DNA of 64,000 nucleotides, from assembly GCF_009914755.1 (NCBI RefSeq), contig NC_060933.1, one strand, 5' to 3'. Made by a program: the position numbers and the translations under genes. Origin of the DNA: the human T2T-CHM13v2.0 reference genome, Homo sapiens. This document shows positions 1-15,900 of the stretch, in pieces. The notes below the pieces were generated by a model. It was not told the origin of the DNA and searched no databases. It was given only the letters and a program-made list of their open reading frames with translations. Positions within the stretch are counted from its first letter, which is position 1, and each line of letters opens with the position of its first letter.

Positions 1-403
1 CAACTCGATTGGAATGGAATGGAATGGAATGGAATGGAATGGAATGGAATCAACCCGAGTGCAATGGAATGGAGTGGAATGGAATGGAATGGAATGGAAC
101 AACCCGAATGGAATGGAATGTAATGGAGAGTAAGGGAGTTGAATAGAATCAATCCGAATGTAATGGAATGGAATGGAACGGAATGGAATTGAATGGAATG
201 GAATGGAATGCAATGGAATGGAATCAACCCGAGTGCAATGGAATGGAGAGGAATGGAATGGAATGCAACGGAACGGAATGGAATGGAATGGAATGGAATG
301 GAATGGAACGGAACGGAACGGAATGGATGGAATGGAATGGAATGGAATGGAATGGAATCAACGCGAGTGCAGGGGAATGGAATGGAATGGAATGCAATGG
401 AAT

Positions 404-418
404 GGAATCTTCCGGAAT
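404..418. promoter_or_regulatory. Canonical heat-shock element match nGAAnnTTCnnGAAn (first of roughly 30 copies); function untested
   Basis: gGAAt-cTTCc-gGAAt. Also at 2176, 13971, 16191, 42291, 49101 and on the minus strand at 36188-36202. Sequence match only. Confidence 0.5.
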
Positions 419-3400
419 GGAATGGAATGGAATGGAATGGAATGAAATGCAATGGATTCAACTCGATTGCAATGGAATGGAATAGAATGGAATGGAATGG
501 AATGGAATGGAATGGAATTAACCCGCATAGAATGGAATGGAATGGAATGGAATGGAATGGAATTAATTCGAATATAATGGAATGGAATGGAATGGAACGG
601 AATGGAACGGAATGGAATGGTACGGAATAGAATGGAATGGAACGAATTGTAATGGAATGGAATTGAATGGAATGGAATGGAATGGAATGGAATCAACGCG
701 AGTGCAGGGGAATGTAATGGATCGGAATGCAATGGAATGGAATCATCCGGAATGGAATGGAATGGAATGGAATGGAATGGAATCAACCCGAGTTCAATGG
801 AATGGAGTGGAATGGAATGGAATGGAATGGAACAACCCGAATGGAATGGAATGTAATGGAGAGTAAGGGAGTTGAATAGAATCAATCCGAATGTAATGGA
901 ATGGAATGCAACGGAATGGAATGGAATGGAATGGAATGGAATGGAATGGAATGCAATGGAATGGAATCTACCCGAGTACAATGGAATGGAATGGAATGGA
1001 ATGAATGGAATGGAATGGAATGGAATGATACGGAATAGAATGGAATGGAAGGAAGTGGAATGGAATGGAATGGAATGGAATGGAATGGAATGGAATGGAA
1101 TCGTTCTGAGTGGAATAGGAGGGAATGTATTCGAGTGGAATGGAAAGGAATGGAAAAAACCTGAGTGGAATGGAAGGGAATGGAATGGAATGGAAACTAA
1201 TAGAACGGAATCAACCCGAGAGGAATGGAATGGAAAGGACTGGAATAGAATGGAATGGAATGGAATCAACTCGATTGTAATGGAATGGAATGGAATGGAA
1301 TGGAATGGAATTAACCCGAATACAATGCAATGGAATGGAATGGAACGGAATGGAGTGGAATCGAATGGAATCAACCCGAGTGCAGGGGAATGGAATGGAA
1401 TGGAATGCAATGGAATGGAATCATCCGGAATGGAATGGAATGGAATGGAATGCAAAGCAATGGAATCAACTCGATTGCAATGGAATGGAATGGAATGGAA
1501 AGGAATACATTGGAATCAACCCGAGTGGAATGGAATGGAAAGGACTGGAATGGAGTGGAATGGAATGGAATGGAATGGAATGGAATCAACTCGATTGGAA
1601 TGGAATGGAATGGAATGGAATGGAATGGAATTAATCGGAATAGAATGGAATGGAATGGAATGGAACGGAACGGAACGGAATGGAATGGAATGGAATGGAA
1701 TGGAATGGAATGGAATGGAAACAACCCGACTGCAGGGGAATGGAATGGAATGGAATGCAATGGAATGGATTCAACTTGAATGGAATGGAAAGAATGGAAT
1801 CAACACGAGTGGAATGGCATGGATTGGAATGGAATGGAATGGAATCAACCCGAGTACAGGGGAATGGAATGGAATGGAATGCAATGGAATGGAATCATCC
1901 GTAATGGAATGGAAAGGAATGGAATGGAATGGAATGGAATGGAATGGAATGGAATCAACTCGATTGCAATCGAATGGAATGTAATGGAATTAACCTGAAT
2001 AGAATGGAATGGAATGGAATGGAACGGAACAGAACGGAATGGAATGGATTGGAATGGAATGGAATGGAATGGAATGGAACGGAAAGGAATGGAATGGAAT
2101 GGAATGGAATGGAATGGAATGGAATGGAATCAACACGAGTGCAGGGGAATGGAATGGAATGGAATGCAATGGAATGGAATCTTCCGGAATGGAATGGAAT
2201 GGAATGGAATGGAATGGAATGGAATGGAATCAACCCGAGTGCAATGGAATGGAGTGGAATGGAATGGAATGGAATGGAACAACCCGAAGGGAATGGAATG
2301 TAATGGAGAGTAAGGGAGTTGAATAGAATCAATCCGAATGTAATGGAATGGAATGCAACGGAATGGAATGGAATGGAATGGAATGCAATGGAATGGAATG
2401 CAATGCCATGGAATCAACCCGAGTGCAATAGAATGGAATCGAATGGAATGGAATGCAATGGAATGGCTTCAACTTGAATGGAATTGAAAGAATGGAATCA
2501 ACACGAGTGGAATGGCATGGATTGGAATGGAATGGAATGGAATCAACCCGAGTACAGGGGAATGGAATGGAATGGAATGCAATGGAATGGAATCATCCGT
2601 AATGGAATGGAAAGGAATGGAATGGAATGGAATGGAATGGAATGGAATCAACTCGACTGCAATCGAATGGAATGGAATGGAATTAACCCGAATAGAATGG
2701 AATGGAATGGAATGCAACGGAACGGAATGGAATGGAATGGAATGGAATGGAATGGAATGGAACGGAACGGAACGGAATGGAATGGAATGGAATGGAATGG
2801 AATGGAATGCAATGGAATTGAATCAACCCGAGTACAATGGAATGGAATGGAATGGAATGGAATGGAATGGAATGGAATGGAATGATACGGAATAGAATGG
2901 AATGGAACGAAATGGAATGGAATGGAATGGAATGGAATGGAATGGAATGGAATGGAATCTTTCTGAGTGGAATAGGAGGGAATGTATTCGAGTGGAATGG
3001 AAAGGAATGGAAAAAACCTGAGTGGAATGGAAGGGAATGGAATGGAATGGAAACTAATAGAATGGAATCAACCCGAGAGGAATGGAATGGAAAGGACTGG
3101 AATGTAATGGAATGGAATGGAATCAACTCGATTGTAATGGAATGGAATGGAATGGAATGGAATGGAATGGAATGGAATTAACCCGAATACAATGCAATGG
3201 AATGGAATGGAACGGAATGGAGTGGAATCGAATGGAATCAACCCGAGGGCAGGGGAATGGAATGGAATGGAATGCAATGGAATGGAATCTTCCGGAATGG
3301 AATGGAATGGAATGGAATGAAATGCCATGGATTCAACTCGATTGCAATGGAATGGAATAGAATGGAATGGAATGGAATGGAATGGAATTAATTCGAATAG

Positions 3401-5299
3401 AATGGAATGGAATGGAATGGAACGGAATGGAACGGAATGGAATGGAATGGAATGGAATGGAATGGTATGGAATGGAATGGAATGGTACGGAATAGAATGG
3501 AATGGAACGAATTGTAATGGAATGGAATTGAATGGAATGGAATGGAATCAACGCGAGTGCAGGGGAATGTAATGGAACGGAATGCAATGGAATGGAATCA
3601 TCCGGAATGGAATGGAATGGAATGGAATGGAATGGAATGGAATGGAATGGAATCAACCCGAGTGCAATGGAATGGAGTGGAATAGAATGGAATGGAATGG
3701 AACATCCCGAATGGAATGGAATGTAATGGAGAGTAAGGGAGTTGAATAGAATCAATCCGAATGTAATGGAATGGAATGCAACGGAATGGAATGGAATGGA
3801 ATGGAATGGAATGCAATGGAATTGAATCAACCCGAGTACAATGGAATGGAATGGAATGGAATGGAATGGAATGGAATGGAATGATACGGAATAGAATGGA
3901 ATGGAACGAAATGGAATGGAATGGAATGGAATGGAATGGAATGGAATGGAATGGAATGGAATGGAATCGTTCCGAGTGGAATAGGAGGGAATGTATTCGA
4001 GTGGAATGGAAAGGAATGGAATCAACCAGAGTGGAATGGAAGGGAATGGAATGGAATGGAAACTATTAGAATGGAATCAACCCGAGAGGAATGGAATGGA
4101 AAGGACTGGAATGGAATGGAATGGAATGGAATCAACTCGATTGCAATCGAATGGAATGGAATGGAATTAACCCGAATAGAATGGAATGGAATGGAATGGA
4201 ATGGAACGGAACGGAATGGAATGGAATGGAATGGAATGGAACGGAACGGAACGGAACGGAATGGAATGGAATGGAATGGAATGGAATGGAATGGAATCAA
4301 CGCGAGTGCAAGGGAATGGAATGGAATGGAATGCAAAGGAATGGAATCTTCCGGAATGGAATGGAATGGAATGGAATGGAATGAAATGCAATGGATTCAA
4401 CTCGATTGCAATGGAATGGAATAGAATGGAATGGAATGGAATGGAATGGAATTAATCCGAATAGAATGGAATGGAATGGAATGGAACGGAATGGAACGGA
4501 ATGGAATGGAATGGAATGGAAAGGAATGGTATGGAATGGAAAGGAATGGTACGGAATAGAATGGAATGGAACGAATTGTAATGGAATGGAATTGAATGGA
4601 ATGGAATGGAATGGAATGGAATGGAATCAACGCGAGTGCAGGGGATGTAATGGAACGGAATGCAATGGTATGGAATCATCCGGAATGGAATGGAATGGAA
4701 TGGAATGGAATGGAATGGAATGGAATCAACCCGAGTGCAATGGAATGTAATGGAGAGTAAGGGAGTTGAATAGAATCAATCCGAATGTAATGGAATGGAA
4801 TGCAACGGAATGGAATGGAATGGAATGGAATGGAATGGAATGGAATGGAATGGAATGCAATGGAATTGAATCAACCCGAGTACAATGGAATGGAATGGAA
4901 TGGAATGGAATGGAATGGAATGATACGGAATAGAATGGAATGGAACGAAATGGAATGGAATGGAATGGAATGGAATGGAATCAACTCGATTGGAATGGAA
5001 TGGAATGGAATGGAATGGAATTAACCCGAATAGAATGGAATGGAATGGAATGGAACGGAACGGAATGGAATGGAATGGAATGGAATGGAATGGAATGGAA
5101 TGGTATGGAATGGAATGGAATGGTACGGAATAGAATGGAATGGAACGAATTGTAATGGAATGGAATTGAATGGAATGGAATGGAATCAACGCGAGTGCAG
5201 GGGAATGTAAAGGAACGGAATGCAATGGAATGGAATCATCCGGAATGGAATGGAATGGAATGGAATGGAATGGAATGGAATCAACCCGAGTGCAATGGA

Positions 5300-8200
5300 A
5301 TGGAGTGGAATGGAATGGAATGGAATGGAATGGAACAACCCGAATGGAATGGAATGTAATGGAGAGTAAGGGAGTTGAATAGAATCAATCCGAATGTAAT
5401 GGAATGGAATGCAACGGAATGGAATGGAATGGAATGGATTGGAATGGAATGGAATGCAAAGGAATGGAATCAACCCGAGTGGAATGGCATGGAATGGAAT
5501 GCAATGGATTGGAATGGAATGGAATCAACTCGAGTGGAAAGGAATGGAATGGAATGGAAAGGAATGGAATGAAGTCAACTCGAGTGGAATGGAATGGAAT
5601 GGAATGGATTGGAATGGATTGCAATGGAATGAAATGGAATGGAATGGAATGGAATCAATCAAGGAAGGGAATGTAATGGAGTGGAAAGAAGGGAATGGAA
5701 TCAACCCGAGTGGAATGCAAGGCAATGGAATGGAATGGAAAGGAATGGAATGGAATCAACTCGATTGCAATGGAATGGAATGGAATGGAATGGAATGGAA
5801 TGGAATTAACCGGAATAGAATGGAATGGAATGGAATGGAACGGAATGGAATGGAATGGAAGGGAATGGAATCAACACGAGTGCAGGGGAATGGAATGGAA
5901 TGGAATGCAATGGAATGGAATCATCCGGAATGGAATGGAATGGAATGGAATCAACTCCGTTGCAATGGAATGGAATGGAATGGAATGGAATAGAATGGAA
6001 TGGAATTAACACGAATAGATGGAATGCAATAGAATGGAATGCAACGGAACCGAATGGAGTGGAATGGAATGGAATGGAATCAACCCGAGTACAGGGGAAT
6101 GGAAAGGAATGGAATACAATGGAATGGAGTCATCCGTAATGGAATGGAAAGGAATGGAATGGAATGGAATGGAATGGAATGGAATGGAATCAACTGGATG
6201 GCAATCGAAAGGAATGGAATGGAATTAACCCGAATAGAATGGAATGGAATGGAATGGAACTGAACGGAATGGAATGGAATGGAATGGAATGGAATGGAAC
6301 GGAACAGAATGGAATGGAATGGAATGGAATGGAATGGAATCAACGCGAGTGCAGGGGAATGGAATGGAATGGAATGCAATGGAATGGAATCTTGCGGAAT
6401 GGAATGGAATGGAATGAAAGGCAATGGATTCAACTCGATTGCAATGCAATGGTATAGAATGGAAGGGAATGGAATGGAATGGAATGGAATGGAATGGAAT
6501 GGAATGCCTTCAAACCGAATGGAATGGAAAGGAATGGAATCAACACGAGTGGAAAGGAATGGAATGGAAAGGAATGGAATGGAATGGAATGGTATGGAAT
6601 AGAACGGAATGGAACGAACTGGAATGGAATGGAATGGAATGGAATGGAATGGAATCAACTCGATTGGAATGGAATGGAAAGGAATGGAATGGAATGGAAT
6701 TAACCCGAATAGAATGGAATGGAATGGAATGGAATGGAACGGAACAGAACGGAATGGAATGGAATGGAATGGAATGGAATGGAATGGAATCAACCCGACT
6801 GCAGGGGAATGGAATGGAATGGAATGCAATGGAATGGATTCAACTTGAATGGAATGGAAAGAATGGAATCAACACGAGTGGAATGGCATGGATTGGAATG
6901 GAATGGAATGGAATCAACCCGAGTACAGGGGAATGGAATGGAATGGAATGCAATGGAATGGAATCATCCGTAATGGAATGGAAAGGAATGGAATGGAATG
7001 GAATGAAATGGAATCAAATCGATTGCAATCGAATGGAATGGAATGGAATTAACCCGAATAGAATGGAATGGAATGGAATGGAACGGAGCGGAACGGAACG
7101 GAATGGCATGGAATGGAATGGAATGGAATGGAATGGAATGGAATGGAACGGAAAGGAATGGAATGGAATGCAATGGAATGGAATGGAATGGAATGGAATG
7201 AACGCGAATGCAGGGGAATGGAATGGAATGGAATGCAATGGAATGGAATCTTCTGGAATGGAATGGAATGGAATGGAATGGAATGGAATGGAATAAACCC
7301 GAGTGCAATGGAATGGAGTGGAATGGAATGGAATGGAATGGAACAACCCGAATGGAATGGAATGTAATGGAGAGTAAGGGAGTTGAAAAGAATCAATCCG
7401 AATGTAATGGAATGGAATGGAACAGAATGGAATGGAATGGAATGGAATGGAATGGAATGGAATGCAATGGAATGGAATCAACCCGAGTACAATGGAATGG
7501 AATGGAATGGAATGGAATGGAATGGAATGGAATGCAATGGAATGGAATCTTCCGGAATGGAATGGAATGGAATGGAATGGAATGGAATGGAATGGAATGG
7601 AATAAACCCGAGTGCAATGGAATGGAGTGGAATGGAATGGAATGGAATGGAACAACCCGAATGGAATGGAATGTAATGGAGAGTAAGGGAGTTGAATAGA
7701 ATCAATCCGAATGTAATGGAATGGAATGGAACGGAATGGAATTGAATGGCATGGAATGGAATGCAATGGAATGGAATCAACCCGAGTGCAATGGAATGGA
7801 GAGGAATGGAATGGAATGGAATGGAAACTACCCGAATGGAATGGAATGTAATGGAGTGTAAGGGAATTGCATAGAATCAATCCGAATGGAATGGAATGGA
7901 ATGTAACGGAATGTAATGGAATGGAATGGAATGGAATCAACCCGAGTGCAGGGGAATGGAATGGAATGCAATGGAATGGGATCAACCCGAGTGCAATCGA
8001 ATGGAATCGAATGGAATGGAATGCAATGGAATGGATTCAACTTGAATGGAATGGAAAGAATGGAATCAACACGAGTGGAATGGCATGGATTGGAATGCAA
8101 TGGAGTGGAATCAACCCGAGTACAGGGGAATGGAATGGAATGGAATGCAATTGAATGGAACCATCCGTAATGGAATGGAAAGGAATGGAATGGAATGGAA

Positions 8201-11200
8201 TGGAATGGAATGGAATGGAATCAACACGATTGCAATAGAATGGAATGGAATGGAATTAACCCGAATAGAATGGAATGGAATGGAATGGAACGGAACGGAA
8301 TGGAATGGAATGGAACGGAATGGAATGGAATTGAATGGAATGGAATGGAATGGAATCAACGCGAGTGCAGGGGAATGGAATGTAGTGGAACGCAATGGAA
8401 TGGAATCTTCCGGAATGGAATGGAATGGAATGGAATGGAATCAACCCGAGTGCAATGGAATGGAGTGGAATGGAATGGAATGGAATGGAACAACCGGAAT
8501 GGAATCGAATGTAATGGAGAGTAAGGGAGTTGAATAGAATCAATCCGAATGTAATGGAATGGAATGGAAATGAATGGAATTGAATGGAATGGAATGGAAT
8601 GCAATGGAATGGAATCAACCCGAGTGCAATGGAATGGAGAGGAATGGAATGGAATGGAGTGGAAACTACCCGAATGGAATGGAATGTAATGGAGTGTAAG
8701 GGAATTGAATAGAATCAATCCGAATATAATGGAAAGGAATGGAACGGAATGGAATGGAATGGAATGGAATGGAATGGAATGGAATGGAATGCAATGGAAA
8801 GAAATCAACCCGAGTGAAAACGAAAGGAATCGAATGGAATGGAATGCAATGGAATGTAATCAACTCGATTGCAATCGAATGGAATGGAATGGAATTAACC
8901 CGAATAGAATGGAATGGAATGGAATGGAAAGGAACGGAACGGAACGGAATGGAATGGAATGGAATGGAATGGAATGGAATGGAATGGAATCAACCCGACT
9001 GAAGGGGAATGGAATGGAATGGAATGCAATGGAATGGATTCAACTTGAATGGAATGGAAAGAATGGAATCAACACGAGTGGAATGGCATGGATTGCAATG
9101 GAATGGAATGGAATCAACCCGAGTACAGGGGAATGGAATGGAATGGAATGCAATGGAATGGAATCATCCGTAATGGAATGGAAAGGAATGGAATGGAATG
9201 GAATGGAATGGAATGGAATGGAATGGAATGGAATCAACTCGATTTCAATGCAATGGAATGGAATGGAATTAACCCGAATAGAATGGAATGGAACGGAATG
9301 GAACGGAATGGAATGGAATGGAATGGAATGGAATGGAATGGAATGGAACGGAAAGGAATGGAATGGAATGGAATGGAATGGAATCAACGAGAGTGCAGGG
9401 GAATGGAATGGAATAGAATGCAATGGAATGGAATCTTCCGGAATGGAATGGAATGGAATGGAATCAACCCGAGTGCAATGGAATGGAGTGGAATGGAATG
9501 GAATGGAATGGAACAACCCGAATGGAATCGAATGTAATGGAGAGTACGGGAGTTGAATAGAATCAATCCGAATGTAATGGAATGGAATGGAACGGAATGG
9601 AATTCAATGGAAGGGAATGGAATGCAATGGAATGGAATCAACCCAAGTGCAATGGAATGGAGAGGAATGGAATGGAATGGAATGGAAACTACCCGAATGG
9701 AATGGAATGGAATGTAGTGTAAGGGAATTGAATAGAATCAATCCGAATGTAATGGAATGGAATGGAACGGAATGGAATGGAATGGAATGGAATGGAATGG
9801 AATGCAATGGAATGGAATCAACCCGAGTGCAATCGAATGGAATCGAATGGAATGGAATGCAATGGAATGGATTTAACTTGAATGGAATGGAAAGAATGGA
9901 ATCAACACGAGTGGAATGGCATGGATTGGAATGGAATGGAATGGAATCAACCCGAGTACAGGGGAATGGAATGGAATGGAATGCAATGGAATGGAATCAT
10001 CCGTAATGGAATGGAAAGTAATGGAATGGAATGGAATGGAATGGAATCAACTCGATTGCAATCAAATGGAATGGAATGGAATCAACTCCATTGCAATCGA
10101 ATGGAATGGAATGGAATTAACCCAAATAGAATGGAATGGAATGGAATGGAATGGAACGGAACGGAATGGAATCGAATGGAATGGAATGGAACGGACCGGA
10201 ACGGAATGGAATGGAATTGAATGGAATGGAATGGAATGGAATGGAATCAACCCGAGTGCAATGCAATGGAGTGGAATGGAATGGAATGGAATGGAACAAC
10301 ACGAATGGAATGGAATGTAATGGAGAGTAAGGGAGTTGAATAGAATCAACCCGAATGTAGTGGAATGGAATGGAACGGAATGGAATGGAATGGAATGCAA
10401 TGGAATGGAATCAACCCGAGTACAATGGAATGGAATGGAATGGTATGGAATGGAATGGAATGGAATGGAATCAACCCGAGTGCAATGGAATGGAGAGGAA
10501 TGGAATTGAATGGAATGGAAACTACCCGAATGGAAAGGAATGTAATGGAGTGTAAGGGAATTGAATAGAATCAATCCGAATGTAATGGAATGGAATGGAA
10601 CGGAATGGAATGGAATGGAATGGAATGGAATGGAATGCAATGGAATGGAATCAACCCGAGTGCAATCGAATGGAATCGAATGGAATGGAATGCAATGGAA
10701 TGGATTCAACTTGAATGGAATGGAAAAAATGGAATCAACACGAGTGGAATGGCATGGATTAGAATGGAAAGGAATGGAATCAACCCGAGTACAGGGGAAT
10801 GGAATGGAATCATCCGTAATGGAATGGAAAGGAATGGAATGGAAAGGAATGGGATGGAATAGATTGGAATGGAATGGAATGGAATCAACTCCATTGCAAT
10901 CGAGTGGAATGGAATGGAATTAACCCGAATAGAATGGAATGGAATGTAATGGGACGGAACGAAATGGAATGGAATGGAATGGAATGGAATGGAACGGAAC
11001 GGAATGTATGGAATGGAATGGAATGGAATGGAATGGAATCAAAGCGAGTGCAGGGGAATGGAATGGAATGGAATGCAATGGAATGGAATCTTCCGGAATG
11101 GAATGGAATGGAATGAAATGCAATGGATTCAACTCGATTGCAATGGAATGGAATAGAATGGAATGGAATGGAATGGAATGGAATGGAATTAACCCGAATA

Positions 11201-13461
11201 GAATGGAATGGAATGGAATGGAACGGAATGGAACGGAATGGAACGGAATGGAATGGAATGGTATGGAATGGAATGGAATGGTATGGAATAGAATGGAATG
11301 GAAGGAATTGTAATGGAATGGAATTGAATGGAATGGAATGGAATGGAATGGAATCAACGCGAGTGCTGGGGAATGTAATGGAATGGAATGCAATGGAATG
11401 GAATCATCCGGAATGGAATGGAATGGAATGGAATGGAATGGAATGGAATGGAGTGGAATGGAATTTGAATGGAATGGAATGGAATGGAATGGAATTAACC
11501 CGAATAGAATGGAATGGAATGGAATGGAACGGAATGGAATGGAATGGAATGGAATGGAATCAACCCGACTGCACGGGAATGGAATGTAATGGAACGCAAT
11601 GGAATGGAATCATCCGGAACGGAACGGAATGGAATGGAATGGAATCAACTCGATTGCAATGGAATGGAATGGAATGGAATGGAATGGAATGGAATGGAGT
11701 GGATTCAACCCGAGTGCAGGGGAATGGAATGGAATTTAATGCAATGGAATGGAATCATCCGGAATGGAATGGAATGGAATGGAATGGAATGAACCCGATG
11801 CAATGGAATGGAATGTAATGGAGTGCAAGGGAATTGAATAGAATCAATCCGAATGTAACGGAATGGAATGGAATGAAATGGAATGGAATGGAATGGAATG
11901 GAATCAACCCGAGTTCAATGGAATGGATTCGAATGGAATGGAATGGAATGGAATGGATTCAACAAGAATGGAATGGAAAGGAATGGAATCAACCCGAGTG
12001 TAATGGCATGGAATGGAACGGAATGGAATGGGATGGAATGGAATGGTACGGAATAGAATGGAATGGAATGAAATGGAATGGAATGGAATGGAATGGAATG
12101 GAATGGAATGAACCCGTGTGCAATGGAATGGAATGGAATGGAATGGAATGGAATCAACCCGAGTGCAATCGAATGGAATCGAATGGAATGGAATGCAATG
12201 GAATGGATTCAACTTGAATGGAATGGAAAGAATGGAATCAACATGAGTGGAATGGCATGGATTGCAATGGAATGGAATGGAATAAACCTGAGTACAGGGG
12301 AATGGAATGGAATGGAAAGCAATGGAATGGCATCATCCGAAATGGAATGGAAAGGAATGGAATGGAATTGAATGGGATGGAATGGCTTCAAACCGAATGG
12401 AATGGAAAGGAATGGAATCAACACGAGTGGAATGGAATGGAATGGAATGGAATGGAATGGTATGGAATAGAATGGAATGGAACGAAATGGAATGGAATAG
12501 AATGGAATGGAATGGAATGGAATTGTTCCGAGGGAATAGGAGGGAATGTATTCGAGTGGAATGGAAAGGAATCGAATCAACCAGAGTGGAATGGAAGGGA
12601 ATGGAATGGAATGGAAACTAATAGAATGGAATCAACCCGAGTGGAATGGAATGGAAAGAATGGAATGGAATGGAATGGAATGGAATGGAATGGAATGGAA
12701 TCAACTCGATTGTAATGGAATGGAATGGAATGGAATGGAATGGAAAGGAATTAACCCGAATACAATGGAATGGAATGCAATGGAACGGAATGGAGTGGAA
12801 TGGAATGGAATCAACCCGAGTGCAGGGGAATGGAATGGAATGGAATGGAATGGAATGGAATCATCCGGAATGGAATGGAATGGAATGGATTGCAATGCAA
12901 TGGAATCAACTCGATTGCAATGGAATGGAATGGAAAGGAATAGAATGGAATCAACCCGAGTGGAATGGAATGGAAAGGACTGGAATGGAGTGGAATGGAA
13001 TGCAATGGAATGGAATTAACTCGATTGGAATGGAATGGAAAGGAATGGAATGGAATTAACCCGAATAGAATGGAATGGAATGGAATGGAACGGAATGGAA
13101 TGGAATGGAACGGAATGGAATGGAATGGAAAGGAATCATACCGACTGCAGGGGAATGGAATGGAATGGAATGAAATGGAATGGAATGGAATGGAGTGGAA
13201 AGGAATCAAACCGACTGCAGGGGAATGGAATGGAATGGAATGCAATGGAATGGAATCATCCGGAACGGAATGGAATGGAATGGAATGGAATCAACTCGAT
13301 TGCAATGGAATGGAATGGAATGGAATGGAATGGAATGGAATGGAATGGAATGGAATGGAATGGAATGCAATGGAATGGAATCAACCCGAGTACAATGGAA
13401 TGGAATGGAATGGAATGGAATGGAATGGAATGGAATGGAATGGAATGGAATGGAATGGAAT
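5300..13461 (+). repeat. First copy of near-identical direct duplication (partner ~53430-59443); left boundary approximate
   Basis: ORF offsets are 48132-48147 for 5375-6700 and 45952-45982 for 8896-13400. Private variants are shared (CAATCAAGGAAGGG, AACTCCGTTGCA, TTAACACGAATAGATGG, CGACTGAAGGGG, GGACCGG, TTGTTCCGAGGG, AATCATACCGAC). Confidence 0.92.
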
Positions 13462-15800
13462 GAACCCGTGTGCAATTGAATGGAATCGAATGGAATGGAA
13501 TGCAATGGAATGGATTCAACTAGAATGGAATGGAAAGGAATGGAATCAACTCGAGTGGAATGGCATGGCATGGAATGGAATGGAATGGAATGGAATGGAA
13601 TGGAAAGGTACGGAATAGAATGGAATGGAACGAAATGGAATGGAATGGAATGGAATGAATGGAATGGAATGGAATAGAATGGAATCCACCCGATTGCAGG
13701 GGAATGGAATGGAACGGAATACAATGGAATGGAATGGAATGGATTCAACCCGAATGGAATGGAAAGGAATGGAATCAACCCGAGTGGAATGGCATGGAAT
13801 GGAATGGAATGGAATGGAATGGAATGGAAGAGAACGGAATGGAATGGAATGGAATGGAATGGAAAGGAATGGAACGGAACGGAACGGAACGGAACGGAAT
13901 GGAATGGAATGGAATGGAATGGAATCAACGCGAGTGCAGGGGAATGGAATGGAATGGAATGCAATGGAATGGAATCTTCCGGAATGGAATGGAATGGAAT
14001 GGAATGGAATGGAATGAAATGCAATGGATTCAACTCGATTGCAATGGAATGGAATAGAATGGAATGGAATGGAATGGAATGGAATTACCCCGAATAGAAT
14101 GGAATGGAATGGAATGGAACGGAACGGAACGGAACGGAATGGAATGGAATGGAATGGAATGGAATGGAATGCAATGGTATGGAATGGAATGGAATGGTAC
14201 GGAATAGAATGGAATGGAAAGAATTGTAATGGAATGGAATTGAATGGAATGGAATGGAATGGAATGGAATCAACGCGAGTGCAGGGGAATGTAATGGAAC
14301 GGAATGCAATGGATTGGAATCATCCGGAATGGAATGGAATGGAATGGAATGGAATGGAATGGAATCAACCCGAGTGCAATGGAATGCAGTGGAATGGAAT
14401 GGAATGGAATGGAACAACCCGAATGGAATGGAATGTAATGGAGAGTAAGGGAGTTGAATAGAATCAATCCGAATGTAATGGAATGGAATGCAACGGAATG
14501 GAATGGAATGGAATGGAATGGAATGGAATGGAATGGAATGCAAAGGAATGGAATCAACCCGAGTGGAATGGCATGGAATGGAATGCAATGGAATGGAAGT
14601 TAATGGAATCAACTCGAGTGGAAAGGAATGGAATGGAATGGAAAGGAATGGAATGAAATCAAGTCGAGTGGAATGGAATGGAATGGAATGGATTGGAATG
14701 GATTGCAACGGAATGAAATGGAATGGAATGGAATGGAATCAATCATTCCGAGTAGAATGGAAGGTAATGTAATGGAGTGGAAAGAAGGGAATGGAATCAA
14801 CCCGATTGGAATGCAAGGCAATGGAATGGAATGGAAAGGAATGGAATGCAATCAACTCGATTGCAATGGAATGGAATGGAATGGAATGGAATGGAATGGA
14901 ATGGAATTAACCGGAATAGAATGGAATGCAATGGAATGGAACGGAATGGAATGGAATGGAAGGTAATGGAATCAACACGAGTGCAGGGGAATGGAATGGA
15001 ATGGAATGCAATGGAATGGAATCATCCGGAATGGAATGGAATGGAATGGAATCAACTCAATTGTAATGGAATGGAATGGAATGGAATGGAATAGAATGGA
15101 ATGGAATTAACCCGAATAGAATGGAATGCAATAGAATGGAATGGAACGGAACCGAATGGAGTGGAATGGAATGGAATGGAATCAACATGAGTGCAGGGGA
15201 ATGGAATGGAATGGAATGCAATGGAATGGAATCATCCGGAATGGAATGGAATGGAATGGAATGGAATCAAACCGAGTGCAATGGAATGGTGTGAAATGGA
15301 ATGGAATGGAATGGAAACAACCTGAATGGATTGGAATATAATGGAGTGTAAGGGAATTGAATAGAATAAATCTGAATGTAATGAAATGGAATGGAACGGA
15401 ATGGAATGGAATGGAATGGAATCGAATGGAATGGAATGGAATGGAATCAACCCGAGTGCAATGGAATGGATTCGAAAGGAATGGAATGGAGTGGAATGGA
15501 TTCAACTTGAATGGAATGGAAAGAATGGAATCAACACGAGTGGAATGGCATGGAATGGAATGGAAAGGAATGGCGTGGAATGGAATGGAATGGTTCGGAA
15601 TAGAATGGATTGGAACAAAATGGAATGGAATGGAATGGAATGGAATGGAATGGAATCAACGCGATTGAAGGGGAATGTAATGGAACGGAATGCAATGGAA
15701 TGGAATCATCCGGAGTGGAATGGAATGGAATGGAATGGAATGGAATCAACCCGAGTGCAATGGAATGGAGTGGAATGGAATGGAATGGAATGGAACAACC

Positions 15801-15900
15801 CGAATGGAATGGAATGTAATGGAGAGTAAGGGAGTTGAATAGAATCAATCCGAATGGAATGGAATGTAATTGAGAGTAAGGGAGTTGAATAGAATCAATC
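15801..15900 (+). repeat. 50-bp tandem duplication of the GAGAGTAAGGGAGTTG module
   Basis: 15801-15850 and 15851-15900 are identical except G to T at 15871. Confidence 0.93.

Noticed and set aside
125-160. DUX4-like site in GAATAGAATCAATCC, and EWS-FLI1-type GGAA microsatellite
   Set aside because: The word lacks the TAA start of the TAAYYYAATCA-type DUX4 consensus, and EWS-FLI1 response elements are period-4 GGAA arrays rather than period-5 GGAAT.
1110-1135. AGGAGG in ATAGGAGGGAATG as a ribosome-binding site or G-quadruplex seed
   Set aside because: This is eukaryotic satellite context with no real downstream gene, and there are too few clustered G3 tracts. It is simply a recurrent variant word.
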